A DNA stretch of 60,907 nt from Bacteroidia bacterium (GCA_026391215.1 JAPLDX010000089.1:1-60907), one strand, 5' to 3'. Shown: positions 30,636 to 40,521, numbered from the stretch's first letter. Notes: generated by a model from the letters alone, not told the origin. Numbers and translations are program-made.

Positions 30636-33600
30636 TTGGTAAATCAGTTAAAAACAATCTGGAGAGTGAGAAAAAATCTATATTCTGGGCATTACGGTTT
30701 TCTTCTTACAACTTTATTTACTTTATTTTCTGTAGTGGTTTTTGCACAGCAAAAAGAATACAGCTTAAATGCTCCCGGAAGCAAATGCTATTTCAGGTAT
30801 GTGTGCTTTACGGCCGACAGCAACTACATCATGATAAAACGACCTTTCATCTTTATCATGGGAGAAGAAAATTCGACAGCTAAGGATTTGTTTGTTAGAG
30901 ATACGCTTAGGAACTCTTCAGCTTTCAGCAATTATTATTTTGTCTATTTGCCTGGCAGGAATATCACCTCCGGACCAAAGCTTGAATGTATTGAAGTGCT
31001 TGCCAGCCTGCTGACATTCAATTTTAAATATGGAAAAGATAACCTGTTTTTTCTGGTGAACGATACTATGATAAGCCGCGATGACATAAATGTGTACGGT
31101 CTGAAATCGGTTTTTAAGAGTATAAGATTAAAGAAAGAAGAGAACTATCTGGCTGACCGGGGGTACGCCTCAAGTATCATCCAGAAAGAATTTCAGGAAT
31201 CAGTCCTGGATTATATACCTGAAAAAGGAGAAGCTGAGGATCTGGCTAAATATTATTTTGAAGATACAACTGATGAAAATAATGAAGATGATCCCCTGTC
31301 CGGCATACCGCAAAAAACATACTTTGGTCCGCCAGAAGCCGTAAATTATACTCTTACAGGTATTGTGCATGACAAGGCATCCGGCGAAGCCCTTCCTTTT
31401 GCCGGCGTTCAGGTTAAAGGTACAACCATCGGAGTTTCAACAAATGCTGATGGATATTTTACTCTCCTGAAAGTACCTTCCGATACGAGCACTTTAATAG
31501 TGCAATATCTGGGTTATGAGAAAACTCCTGTATTTCTGACGCCTCAGAGTCCGAAAAAGAATCTGAACATCGAAATCAGGCAGCAGTCTCATGCGCTGAA
31601 AGAAGTTAAAGTCACTGCAAATAAAGATGATGTGGTTTTTGTTAAAAGGGCAGAGGTGAGTACAATAAAATTTACACCTGTTAAAATGGAGCAATTACCC
31701 AACATAGGGGAGAAGGATATCATGAGGTCCTTCCAGCTCATGCCTGGGATCAGCGCTTCAAACGAATCATCATCAGGTCTTTATGTACGGGGTGGAACTC
31801 CTGACCAGAACCTGGTTCTTTATGATGGTTTCACGGTTTATCATGTCGATCATCTGTATGGCTTTTTCAGTGCTTTCAATTCAAATGCTCTTAAAGATAT
31901 TCAGCTTTTCAAGGGAGGTTTTGAATCAAGATTCGGAGGAAGAATCTCCAGTGTTACAGAAATCACAAGCAAGGAAGGCAACCAGAAACGAATTAATGTG
32001 GGTGTAGATATAAGCCTCCTCAGCACAAATATTTTTGCAGAAATACCAGTCGGCGATAAATTCTCATCTTTTATTGCCTTCAGGAAATCGTACCAGGGCA
32101 CCATGTACAATATGATATTTAAAAAATTTAATAAAAGCCGTACTCAAAACGCACCGGATGTAGGTACAGGGCCCGGACAGAGGTTTTCACAGAGTACGCA
32201 GATAACTTCCTATTTCTATGACCTTAATGGAAGATTTACTTACCGGCCCACAGATAAGGACATAATCTCCTTGAGCATTTTTAACGGGACCGATAAGCTG
32301 GATAACAGCTTTTCATCTGATATTCCTTCGTTTGGACAGTTCAATTCCAACTTCAGCATGAATTCCGTTGATCTTACTAAATACGGAAATATAGGCAGCA
32401 GCCTGAAGTGGTCAAGAAAATGGAATTCAAAACTATATGGCAACACAATTCTTAGCTATTCAAATTATTATAATAAAAGGGACCGCTCCTCAGAAAGGAC
32501 GCTGATAAGACCCGATGATGAAACAACAACAAATATGAGCGGAGTATTTGAAGATAACGACCTTAAGGATTATAGCATAAAGTCCGATTTTCAGTGGGAC
32601 CTGACTGATTTCAGCCAGATCCAGTTTGGAGGTTTTTCAACATATTATAATATTAAATACTCATACGCTCAAAGTGACACTGCAAACATACTTGACCGCG
32701 ACGGACAGGCCTTTCTGAGCGGGCTCTATATTCAGAGCAGAACAAAACTGCTGAAAGACAAGATCCAGATACTTCCAGGGATAAGAACTGATTATTTTCA
32801 GACTACAGGAAAACTATATTTTGAACCAAGAGCCTCTGTTACTTTTAATATTACTGAAAGGCTTATCTTAAAAGGATCCACCGGGAAATTTTACCAGTTC
32901 GCCAACCATGTGACCCGCGAAGATATTATGTCTGGCAGCAAGGAGTTCTGGATACTTTCCGACGGCACTTCGGTTCCCATCAGCTCATCGGTCCATTATA
33001 TTGCCGGACTCTCATACGAATCGGATAATTATACATTCAGCGTAGAGGGTTATTATAAGAAGATAAGTAACCTGACTGAATATTCTCTCAGGATAAATGC
33101 CAGCCCCATGGGTATGGATTACAATGAGAACTTTTTTAACGGATACGGGTATTCAAAGGGACTGGAGGTCCTTGCACAGAAAAATACAGGTGACCTGAAT
33201 GGATGGATCAGTTATACCCTCGGTGAAGCGAAAAATCATTTTGATGAATATTCAGATAGCTATTATCCGGCAAATCAGGATGTTACGCATGAGTTTAAAA
33301 TAGTCGGCCTTTATAAATTCAGACGCTGGGATTTCTCGGCAAACTGGATATATGCAACAGGCCGGCCATATACAGCTCCTTCCGGAGCTTACTCGATTAC
33401 CCTTCTTGACGGAACATCAAAGGATTTTTTCACCGTAACTTCAAAGAACAGTGTGAGATTGCCTGATTATCACCGTTTAGATCTTTCAGCAGCTTACAAG
33501 CTGTTAATGGGCAGAAGAGGTGATAAAAAACGAAGAGAGCTGGGAACCGTAAGCGTCTCTCTCTTTAATATCTATAACCGTAAAAATGTCTGGTACAAGC

Positions 33601-33692
33601 AATATGTAATTGAGGAGGGGGAAATCATTGAAACTAATATTGATTACCTCGGCATAACACCGAACTTAACACTCTCATTAAAACTCAGATGA
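30636..33692 (+). CDS. TonB-dependent receptor with extra N-terminal domain
   Basis: Carboxypeptidase-like domain, plug (GLYVRGGTPDQNL; GGFESRFGGRISSV) and RLPDYHRLD barrel motif. Confidence 0.9.
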   Translation: MVNQLKTIWRVRKNLYSGHYGFLLTTLFTLFSVVVFAQQKEYSLNAPGSKCYFRYVCFTADSNYIMIKRPFIFIMGEENSTAKDLFVRDTLRNSSAFSNYYFVYLPGRNITSGPKLECIEVLASLLTFNFKYGKDNLFFLVNDTMISRDDINVYGLKSVFKSIRLKKEENYLADRGYASSIIQKEFQESVLDYIPEKGEAEDLAKYYFEDTTDENNEDDPLSGIPQKTYFGPPEAVNYTLTGIVHDKASGEALPFAGVQVKGTTIGVSTNADGYFTLLKVPSDTSTLIVQYLGYEKTPVFLTPQSPKKNLNIEIRQQSHALKEVKVTANKDDVVFVKRAEVSTIKFTPVKMEQLPNIGEKDIMRSFQLMPGISASNESSSGLYVRGGTPDQNLVLYDGFTVYHVDHLYGFFSAFNSNALKDIQLFKGGFESRFGGRISSVTEITSKEGNQKRINVGVDISLLSTNIFAEIPVGDKFSSFIAFRKSYQGTMYNMIFKKFNKSRTQNAPDVGTGPGQRFSQSTQITSYFYDLNGRFTYRPTDKDIISLSIFNGTDKLDNSFSSDIPSFGQFNSNFSMNSVDLTKYGNIGSSLKWSRKWNSKLYGNTILSYSNYYNKRDRSSERTLIRPDDETTTNMSGVFEDNDLKDYSIKSDFQWDLTDFSQIQFGGFSTYYNIKYSYAQSDTANILDRDGQAFLSGLYIQSRTKLLKDKIQILPGIRTDYFQTTGKLYFEPRASVTFNITERLILKGSTGKFYQFANHVTREDIMSGSKEFWILSDGTSVPISSSVHYIAGLSYESDNYTFSVEGYYKKISNLTEYSLRINASPMGMDYNENFFNGYGYSKGLEVLAQKNTGDLNGWISYTLGEAKNHFDEYSDSYYPANQDVTHEFKIVGLYKFRRWDFSANWIYATGRPYTAPSGAYSITLLDGTSKDFFTVTSKNSVRLPDYHRLDLSAAYKLLMGRRGDKKRRELGTVSVSLFNIYNRKNVWYKQYVIEEGEIIETNIDYLGITPNLTLSLKLR

Positions 33693-33693
33693 A

Positions 33694-34515
33694 ATGAAAT
33701 TCAGGATCTTAATATCGCTTATTTTGCTGATTTTCTCATTTACATCATGTACCAAACGGGATAATTCTGAATTTACAGATATTCCTGTTATTGAATCATA
33801 TTTACATCCCGGCGAATACCTGACACTTGCTGTCAGAAGACAGATACCATTCTCATCGGATGTCAGTTATTCTCCGGATGATATTAATTCACTGACCATC
33901 ACTGTTACAAATGATGGAACAGATTATATCCTTACACCTGCCGGGGACGGGATTTACACAGACAGTACTTTAATCATTTCAGAAGGTGAAAAGTACGACC
34001 TCTCTTTTAAATACAACTCCATGCTCATTTCAGCCTATACTGAAGTGCCTTCAAAGCCTGTGAATTTTGAGCAATCCGCTAAAAAGATATCAGTAACGCG
34101 GATGGACAGCACTTCGGTGCCCGGGAGCGGGGGAGGTATGTGGGAAATGCCTGAACCGCTGACCATTACATGGGATAATGATGATGGTTCTTATTATATT
34201 ATTGTGATTGAAAATATAGAGGAGATCCTGGATCCGGTTCGTGATTTTGGGGACGATGGAGCCCCTGAAAGCAGATTCAGGAAAACACCAACTACCTCTG
34301 CCGGAATACAGATAATGCCGCAGGAATTCCAGTATTTTGGAAATCACAGGATAATTCTTTTCCATGTGCTTCCTGATTATGCATCTCTTTATGATGAGAC
34401 CACCACAAGCTCTCAGAACCTGACAAATCCCTCCACGAGCATCATGAACGGGTATGGAATTTTCACGGGACTTAATGCCGATACCCTGTATCTCTATGTC
34501 GATGAACAAAAATAG
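33694..34515 (+). CDS. Lipoprotein partner of the TonB receptor (DUF4249-like)
   Basis: FTSC lipobox; C-terminal P.T.I.NGYGIFTG. Confidence 0.8.
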   Translation: MKFRILISLILLIFSFTSCTKRDNSEFTDIPVIESYLHPGEYLTLAVRRQIPFSSDVSYSPDDINSLTITVTNDGTDYILTPAGDGIYTDSTLIISEGEKYDLSFKYNSMLISAYTEVPSKPVNFEQSAKKISVTRMDSTSVPGSGGGMWEMPEPLTITWDNDDGSYYIIVIENIEEILDPVRDFGDDGAPESRFRKTPTTSAGIQIMPQEFQYFGNHRIILFHVLPDYASLYDETTTSSQNLTNPSTSIMNGYGIFTGLNADTLYLYVDEQK

Positions 34516-34552
34516 ATAACGACATTTATTATAAAATCAATACAGAGAGTTT

Positions 34553-36769
34553 TTAAAGTGATTTGAATCTGAGCCTCAGGCTGTTGCTTACCACACTCAC
34601 TGAACTCAATGCCATGGCTGCTCCGGCTATCATTGGATTAAGTAAAAAACCGGTCAAAGGATATAATACTCCTGCAGCAATAGGAATACCAATGACATTA
34701 TAAACAAATGCCCAGAAGAGATTCTGCCTGATTGTTCTGACAGTCAGTTTTGAAAGCTTTATCGCCTGTGGTATTTTTCTGAGGTCCGATGAGATTATGG
34801 TCATTTTAGCAACGTCAATGGCAATATCTGAACCTTTACCCATGGCGATGCTTACATCTGCCTGTGCCAGTGCCTGCGAATCATTAATTCCGTCACCTGC
34901 CATTGCTACTATTTTACCCTGCTGCTGAAGCTTCCTGATGAAGTCATGCTTGTCCTGAGGCAATGCTTCAGCCATATAACTGTCAATGTCTGCCTCTGAT
35001 GCAATAGACCTTGCTGCAGCTTCGTTGTCCCCGGTCAGCATGTGTACTTCAATGCCAAGATCATGCAACTGTTTAACTGCTTCCACCGAAGAATCTTTTA
35101 TCCTGTCGGAGATAGAAATAACTGAATGGACTTGTTCTGCATCTGCAAAAAAGGAAACCGTGCTGGACTCTTTCTGCTGCTCCTGGGCAAACTCAGCAAG
35201 TTCGTTATCAATGGAAATTCTCTTTTCATCCAGAAGTTTTCTATTGCCGATATAATATTCTTTCTTATCAATGTTCGCCCTGACTCCCATTCCTGTCATG
35301 CTTTCAACATATACTGAAGAAATATTCTCTTTTACGCTGGAATTTTTCAGGTAATTAGCTACAGGTTCTGCAATGGGATGCTCACTGACTTTCTGAATAG
35401 CAAGCAGGATTCTGCTGTAATTTTCAATATCAGAATTTTTGTTCCACATGATACTGTTCACAACGGGTTCCCCCATAGTTATAGTCCCTGTTTTATCGAG
35501 AACGACTGCATTAACTTTATGAGCAATCTCCAGGCTTTCGGCGTCACGGATCAGGATACCATTTTCGGCGCCTTTGCCAATAGCCACCATTATTGCAGTG
35601 GGTGTGGCGAGTCCTAGTGCACACGGACATGCTATTATCAGCACTGTGACTATTGCCAGGAGGCTGTGAGTCAGTGCATTATCTGTACCAGATATGTACC
35701 AGACCACACCACTTATCAGGGCAATTATAATTACTACCGGAACAAATATTCCGGCAATTTTATCAACAAGATGCTGAACGGGAGCCTTGCTTCCCTGGGC
35801 TTCCCTGACCATTTTAATGATCTGTGCAAGAAGGGTATCGTCCCCTGTCTTGTCAGCCCGGAACCTGAAGCTTCCTTTCTGGTTTATTGTTCCGGCAAAT
35901 ACCTTTGACTGAACCATCTTCTCTACTGACATAGGTTCGCCTGTGATCATGCTTTCATCTATAAATGAACTGCCTTCGGTTACGGTACCATCAACAGGTA
36001 TCCTGGCTCCCGGTCTTACGAGCAAAATGTCGCCCGGCATCACATTGCTGACCAGGATCTCTTTTTGTTGTCCGTCAGGCAAGATGGAAATTACTGTCTT
36101 TGGCCGGAGTCCGATAAGCTTTTTCAGAGCAGACGATGTATTTGACTTGGCCTTCTCTTCAAGTAATTTCCCGAGCAGGATAAAAGTGATGATCACCGCA
36201 GAAGCTGCACAATATACATCGCTGTCGATACCTGCCATTTCAAAACACCCTGGTAAAAAAGTAACAAACGCCCGCTACAGGACTGCGAGACCGGTGCTTA
36301 ATGCCACAAGGGTATCCATATTTGCGGAGCGGTGTTTCAGCTGCTTTATTGCTCCTGAGGGAAACTGTCTTCCAAACCAGAACACGACAGGTATCGCCAG
36401 CGCCATCATTATGTAATTGGCATAGGGTATTGTCATGAAGAACATGGCAATTATAACAAGAGGTATGCTTAAAGCCGCTGATCCTGCTGTATTAATACGA
36501 AGTTTCTTTAAATATAGTTGTTGAGCTTCCTCTTTAAGCTCCTGGCTGTGTGTATCATCTGTAATTATATCATAGCCGATGGAACGTACAGCCTTCCTGA
36601 TCTCCGAAGGAGTGATCTCTTCAGGCTGGAATTCTACTTTAATTGAAGCATCAGCATAATTCACCGATGCACCGGCAATTCCCGGTAATGTTTTTACGAA
36701 TTCTTCGGTTCTGGCAGCACAGGAAGCACAGTGCATTCCTGTAACAGGGTATATTTTTGTTATTATCAA
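34553..36769 (-). pseudogene. copA: Cu(I)-translocating P1B-ATPase interrupted by an in-frame TAG at 36275-36277
   Basis: GMHCASC heavy-metal domain and MDTLVAL in 36275..36769; same frame continues into CPCALGLATP, DKTGT, GDGIND, YN and MALSS in 34553..36238. Confidence 0.8.
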
Positions 36770-36813
36770 TTTATATAATATTACAATGATCTAACAGATG
36801 AGCAGCAAAAAAG

Positions 36814-37467
36814 TTAAGTGCTATAGACCATCCATACACATCCGTTTTCAAATTGTTCGGATTTTTTAAGTTTGAGCTTCAGGTCTGCTGTGACCTCTGA
36901 AAACATCGGATAGCTTTTTTCTCCCACCATTATTGGGTGTACAAGAAGACTTATTTCGTCAACAATTCCAAGGTTCAATAAAACATTCCCGAGCACACGG
37001 CCTGTGTCAGTCAGGATTCTGGTTATGCCATATTTCTCTTTGAGCATGTAAACAGCCATAACAAGATCAACTTTTTCTTTCCCGGCAATAATGAAATTAT
37101 AGTTTCTCTCTTTCAGATGCAACAGGTAATCGGCCGGTGTGCCTTCTGAAACGAGAATAACTACATCCCTGCAGTATTCAAATCTCCGGCAGGTGTGGAG
37201 CATTCCTTTCAGTCTGCCGCCCGAATCCACGATAATCCACCATGGCAGGAATTTATCACGCTGGGGTTGTTCAAAATCAGAAGGCAGCTCATCCGGAATT
37301 CCCTCACCGAACATTTCATTTCCCTTAATAATTGTCTTGGAACCGATAAGATGAGCATCAGGTTTATAATCTCCTGCTATTTTATAATGAAGCCCCATAT
37401 CAGGCATAAAGCCTGTAAGTGAATTATCGAGGCTGACGGAATTGTGGATGATGATTTCGGATTTCAT
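36814..37467 (-). CDS. RibD C-terminal / dihydrofolate-reductase-fold protein
   Basis: HNSVSLD, LIGS.T, IVDSGG and VDEISLLVHP motifs. Confidence 0.82.
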   Translation of the reverse strand: MKSEIIIHNSVSLDNSLTGFMPDMGLHYKIAGDYKPDAHLIGSKTIIKGNEMFGEGIPDELPSDFEQPQRDKFLPWWIIVDSGGRLKGMLHTCRRFEYCRDVVILVSEGTPADYLLHLKERNYNFIIAGKEKVDLVMAVYMLKEKYGITRILTDTGRVLGNVLLNLGIVDEISLLVHPIMVGEKSYPMFSEVTADLKLKLKKSEQFENGCVWMVYST

Positions 37468-37501
37468 AGTATTTATAAGGTATAATTCAAATATAATAAA
37501 A

Positions 37502-37656
37502 AGATTCTTCGCTTCATTTCGTTCTGCTCAGAATGACAGGGGGCATATCATTCCGAACGAAGTAAGTAATCTCAAAACTTTCAAGAATCAATTTTTTAAT
37601 AATCCCGGGCTTTAGCCCGGGGTATTCAAAGCACAGATAATAAGGACTTTAGTCCT
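37502..37656. repeat. Cluster of REP-like palindromes
   Basis: Inverted pair AGATTCTTCG...CAGAATGAC / TCATTCCGAACGAAG...AATCT, plus CCCGGGCTTTAGCCCGGG and AGGACTTTAGTCCT. Confidence 0.65.
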
Positions 37657-37769
37657 GAGTTCTCATATAAATCCAAAAATATTTAAAAAAAATCTTCAAA
37701 AAAACTTGTATTATTAAAAAATAATATTTTATATTTGCAATATATAAGCAAATTAAATATATAAAAAGT

Positions 37770-38114
37770 ATGATACCAACCGACCTGATCAAGGGATCAC
37801 TGAAGACAATAGTCCTGAAGGTGCTGGAAGAAAATAACCGTATGTACGGTTATCAAATTACCCATAAAGTGGAAGAACTCACACAAGGTAAGATCAAGCT
37901 TACGTACGGAGCGCTGTATCCTGTGCTCCATAAGCTTGAGAGTGAAGGTGTGCTTGTAACTGAATCGGAAAATTTCAACAACCGGATCCGGATCTATTAC
38001 AGCCTGACAAAGAAAGGGCACTCCGTTGTAGAAGAGAAGATCAAGGAGTTGCAGGAATTCATCGAGTCTCTTCAAAGTATTGTAAATCCTCAACCCGGGT
38101 TGAGATATGCCTGA
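37770..38114 (+). CDS. PadR family transcriptional regulator
   Basis: KGSLKTIVL..L, MYGYQI, GALYPVLHKLE.EG and RIYYSLT.KG. Confidence 0.93.
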   Translation: MIPTDLIKGSLKTIVLKVLEENNRMYGYQITHKVEELTQGKIKLTYGALYPVLHKLESEGVLVTESENFNNRIRIYYSLTKKGHSVVEEKIKELQEFIESLQSIVNPQPGLRYA

Positions 38115-39543
38115 ACTCTCTCTCTATAATATCGACCAGATAAGTAATGATGTCAGGAAGCAGGAGATCACCTTTTCTCATTTGGTCGATGAACTTATTG
38201 ATCACCTGTGCTGCGATGTTGAACAGGAGATGCAGGACGGACTTGATTTCTCTGAAGCTTATCGCAAAGTGAAGCATAAAATGGGTTCCGGCAGACGGCT
38301 TAAGGAAATTCAGGAAGAAACATTATATGTAGTTGACACCAAATACCGATATATGAAAAACACTATGAAAATTTCAGGCATTGCCGGCACAGTGTTGCTT
38401 GGCTTTGGCGCATTATTCAAGATCCAGCATTGGCCCCTTGCTGGGATTATGACGACCCTCGGGGCTGTAGCTCTGGCATTCATATTCATGCCTTCAGCCC
38501 TCGGAATTCTCTGGAAAGAGACTCATAACAGGAAGAGGATTTTTCTCTTCATCTCAGCATCCCTTGCAGGAATGTTGTTTATATTAGGTACATTATTTAA
38601 AGTACAGCATTGGCCGGGAGCAGGTATTATGTTAAGCGTGGCTGTTCTTTTTGGCATTTTTTTATTTATCCCGTCACTGCTTGCAGGCAAGCTGCAGGAT
38701 CAGGAAAACAAGGCTAAAAGACCTGCTTATTTTCTCGGCGCCATTGGAATTATGTGCTATGCTGCAGGTATGCTTTGCAAGATACAACACTGGCCTCTAG
38801 CAGGTTTACTCATGGTCTTGGGCCTTATCATTCTCGGGTGTATTGCCTTTCCATTGTACACATGGTTTACATGGAAGGAGGAAAACCATATCAGCTCACG
38901 GTTCCTGTACCTGGTAATCGGTATGCTATTGATTATTGTGCCCGGAGCCCTCATTAATCTTAACCTTCAGGGTGGGTACGAAAAAGGCTTTTACCCTCAC
39001 CTTGAGGAACAACAATTAATGTACGACATTAATTCAGCCCGGAACAATTCTCTCTTAGCCACGTACCATGATTCCTTGAGTTATCCGCAGATGGAACAGA
39101 TCCATTTAAGGACTGCCGAACTTGTTTCGTATATCAACGATATCCAGGTAAAAATGGTTCAGGAATCAGAAGGTAAACCGGGTCAGCCCGCTGTAAGTCC
39201 CGATCAGATCAAACAGACTGCAAACGGACCTGTGATCCAGTACACTCTTCTAAGAAGACCATTTCATCCAGCTCCTGTGAAGGATTTTCTTCTGCCCGGG
39301 ACCACCTCACGCCAGGAACTTGATGCACTTCTCAAGGATTATTCAGGTTTCATTTCCGGATTATTAACAGGAGAAGACCTTAAAAAGATTACAAGTCTCC
39401 TGTCACCATCGAACTATATGCCGGAAGAGCTTGCCGAAGACCGTCAGGTTTCAATGATGTCTGGTCTCCATTCACTGGAGCTGATGAAAAACAGCCTCCT
39501 GATTGTTGAGTCTGATATGTTGAAACATATTGCAAAACGCTAG
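38107..39543 (+). CDS. Membrane protein: HAAS-like N-domain, 3 GldL-like hairpin repeats, GldM-like helix and periplasmic domain
   Basis: DELIDHLCCDVE.EM.DG..F.EA N-domain; (F/C)K(I/V)QHWP at aa 104, 164 and 224; extra TM at about aa 265-287; helical C-terminal domain. Confidence 0.8.
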   Translation: MPELSLYNIDQISNDVRKQEITFSHLVDELIDHLCCDVEQEMQDGLDFSEAYRKVKHKMGSGRRLKEIQEETLYVVDTKYRYMKNTMKISGIAGTVLLGFGALFKIQHWPLAGIMTTLGAVALAFIFMPSALGILWKETHNRKRIFLFISASLAGMLFILGTLFKVQHWPGAGIMLSVAVLFGIFLFIPSLLAGKLQDQENKAKRPAYFLGAIGIMCYAAGMLCKIQHWPLAGLLMVLGLIILGCIAFPLYTWFTWKEENHISSRFLYLVIGMLLIIVPGALINLNLQGGYEKGFYPHLEEQQLMYDINSARNNSLLATYHDSLSYPQMEQIHLRTAELVSYINDIQVKMVQESEGKPGQPAVSPDQIKQTANGPVIQYTLLRRPFHPAPVKDFLLPGTTSRQELDALLKDYSGFISGLLTGEDLKKITSLLSPSNYMPEELAEDRQVSMMSGLHSLELMKNSLLIVESDMLKHIAKR

Positions 39544-39566
39544 AAATCAAGTTAATACATAGAATC

Positions 39567-40502
39567 ATGAAACAAAAGATATATATATTAGGCGTGGTTA
39601 CTGCAATTATCATCCTGACAGGTACCATATTTAAGGTAAATCACTGGCCGGGAGCTGGTCAAATGTTAGTAATAGGACTTGTCACCCTGGTTCTTGTCTT
39701 TATGCCATTGGCCTTGATTAATCATTATAAAGGTGCAGGGAATAAACAGAATCTGCTGCTTCACATAGTGACATGGCTGACCTGTTTTGTTGTATTCACC
39801 GGAATGCTTTTCAAGATACAGCACTGGACAGGAGCTGGGCCACTGATGGCTGTTGGAATTATTTTCCCTTATGTTGTCTTCCTTCCGGTTTTCCTGGTCA
39901 CAATTGCTAAAAACAAAAACTTCAACATTTATAATACTGTTTTTGTCCTGTTGTTGCTGGCAGTTAATTCTGTTTTCTGCGCTCTTCTTGCATTAAATGT
40001 AACCAGAGAGAGAATCCATGACAGTTTTAATTTATCCGACAACTATAATAAGGTTGAATCGGTTCTGAAACAGCTCCCTGTCTCTGATCCGCAATCTCCT
40101 GTCAATCTTAAGATTGATGAAGTATTAAAGATCGTAGATGAATATCAAAAGCTTATTTTTGCAAAGAATGGATCAACCGAAGATCAATGGAACAGTGGTA
40201 AGGATATTTTAAGGTGGCCGGATATGATAGGTTTAGCAGCAGTGGCATTGGCAGAATCCGGCGAATCTCCATACGGATCAAAGCTTCAGAATGGAATGAA
40301 AGAGTTGATCTCATTGATGGGGGAAACACCGGGGTATGAAAAAATGGCTGAAAACGCGATAACTATTTTTGACCTTGATCCACCTATGAAGGATGACGCG
40401 GTATGGCCTGTCTGGAAATTCAATAATGAAAACAATACCTGGGTGCTCATTTACCTTGATGGTCTTGAAACGAACCTTAAGCTGATAAAAGCGACACTCT
40501 AG
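39567..40502 (+). CDS. Membrane protein: 2 GldL-like hairpin repeats, GldM-like helix and periplasmic domain
   Basis: FKVNHWPGAG (aa 22) and FKIQHWTGAG (aa 82), then a TM ending ALLALNVTRE. Confidence 0.8.
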   Translation: MKQKIYILGVVTAIIILTGTIFKVNHWPGAGQMLVIGLVTLVLVFMPLALINHYKGAGNKQNLLLHIVTWLTCFVVFTGMLFKIQHWTGAGPLMAVGIIFPYVVFLPVFLVTIAKNKNFNIYNTVFVLLLLAVNSVFCALLALNVTRERIHDSFNLSDNYNKVESVLKQLPVSDPQSPVNLKIDEVLKIVDEYQKLIFAKNGSTEDQWNSGKDILRWPDMIGLAAVALAESGESPYGSKLQNGMKELISLMGETPGYEKMAENAITIFDLDPPMKDDAVWPVWKFNNENNTWVLIYLDGLETNLKLIKATL

Positions 40503-40521
40503 GACATGTAAATATTCTCTG

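Noticed and set aside
30349-30883. ORFs 30349..30642 and 30521..30883
   Set aside because: No protein-like motifs; they overlap AT-rich promoter DNA and the TonB receptor start.
36275-36277. Pyrrolysine or amber recoding of the copA TAG
   Set aside because: No pyl genes are seen, TAG terminates intact genes here (dapL, tsaC, trxA, susD), and neighbouring conserved residues are also altered, which favours error or decay.
38107-40502. Calling these genes canonical gldL/gldM (porL/porM)
   Set aside because: No flanking gldK/gldN, no GldL cytoplasmic domain, no distal GldM domains and no TM2 glutamate.
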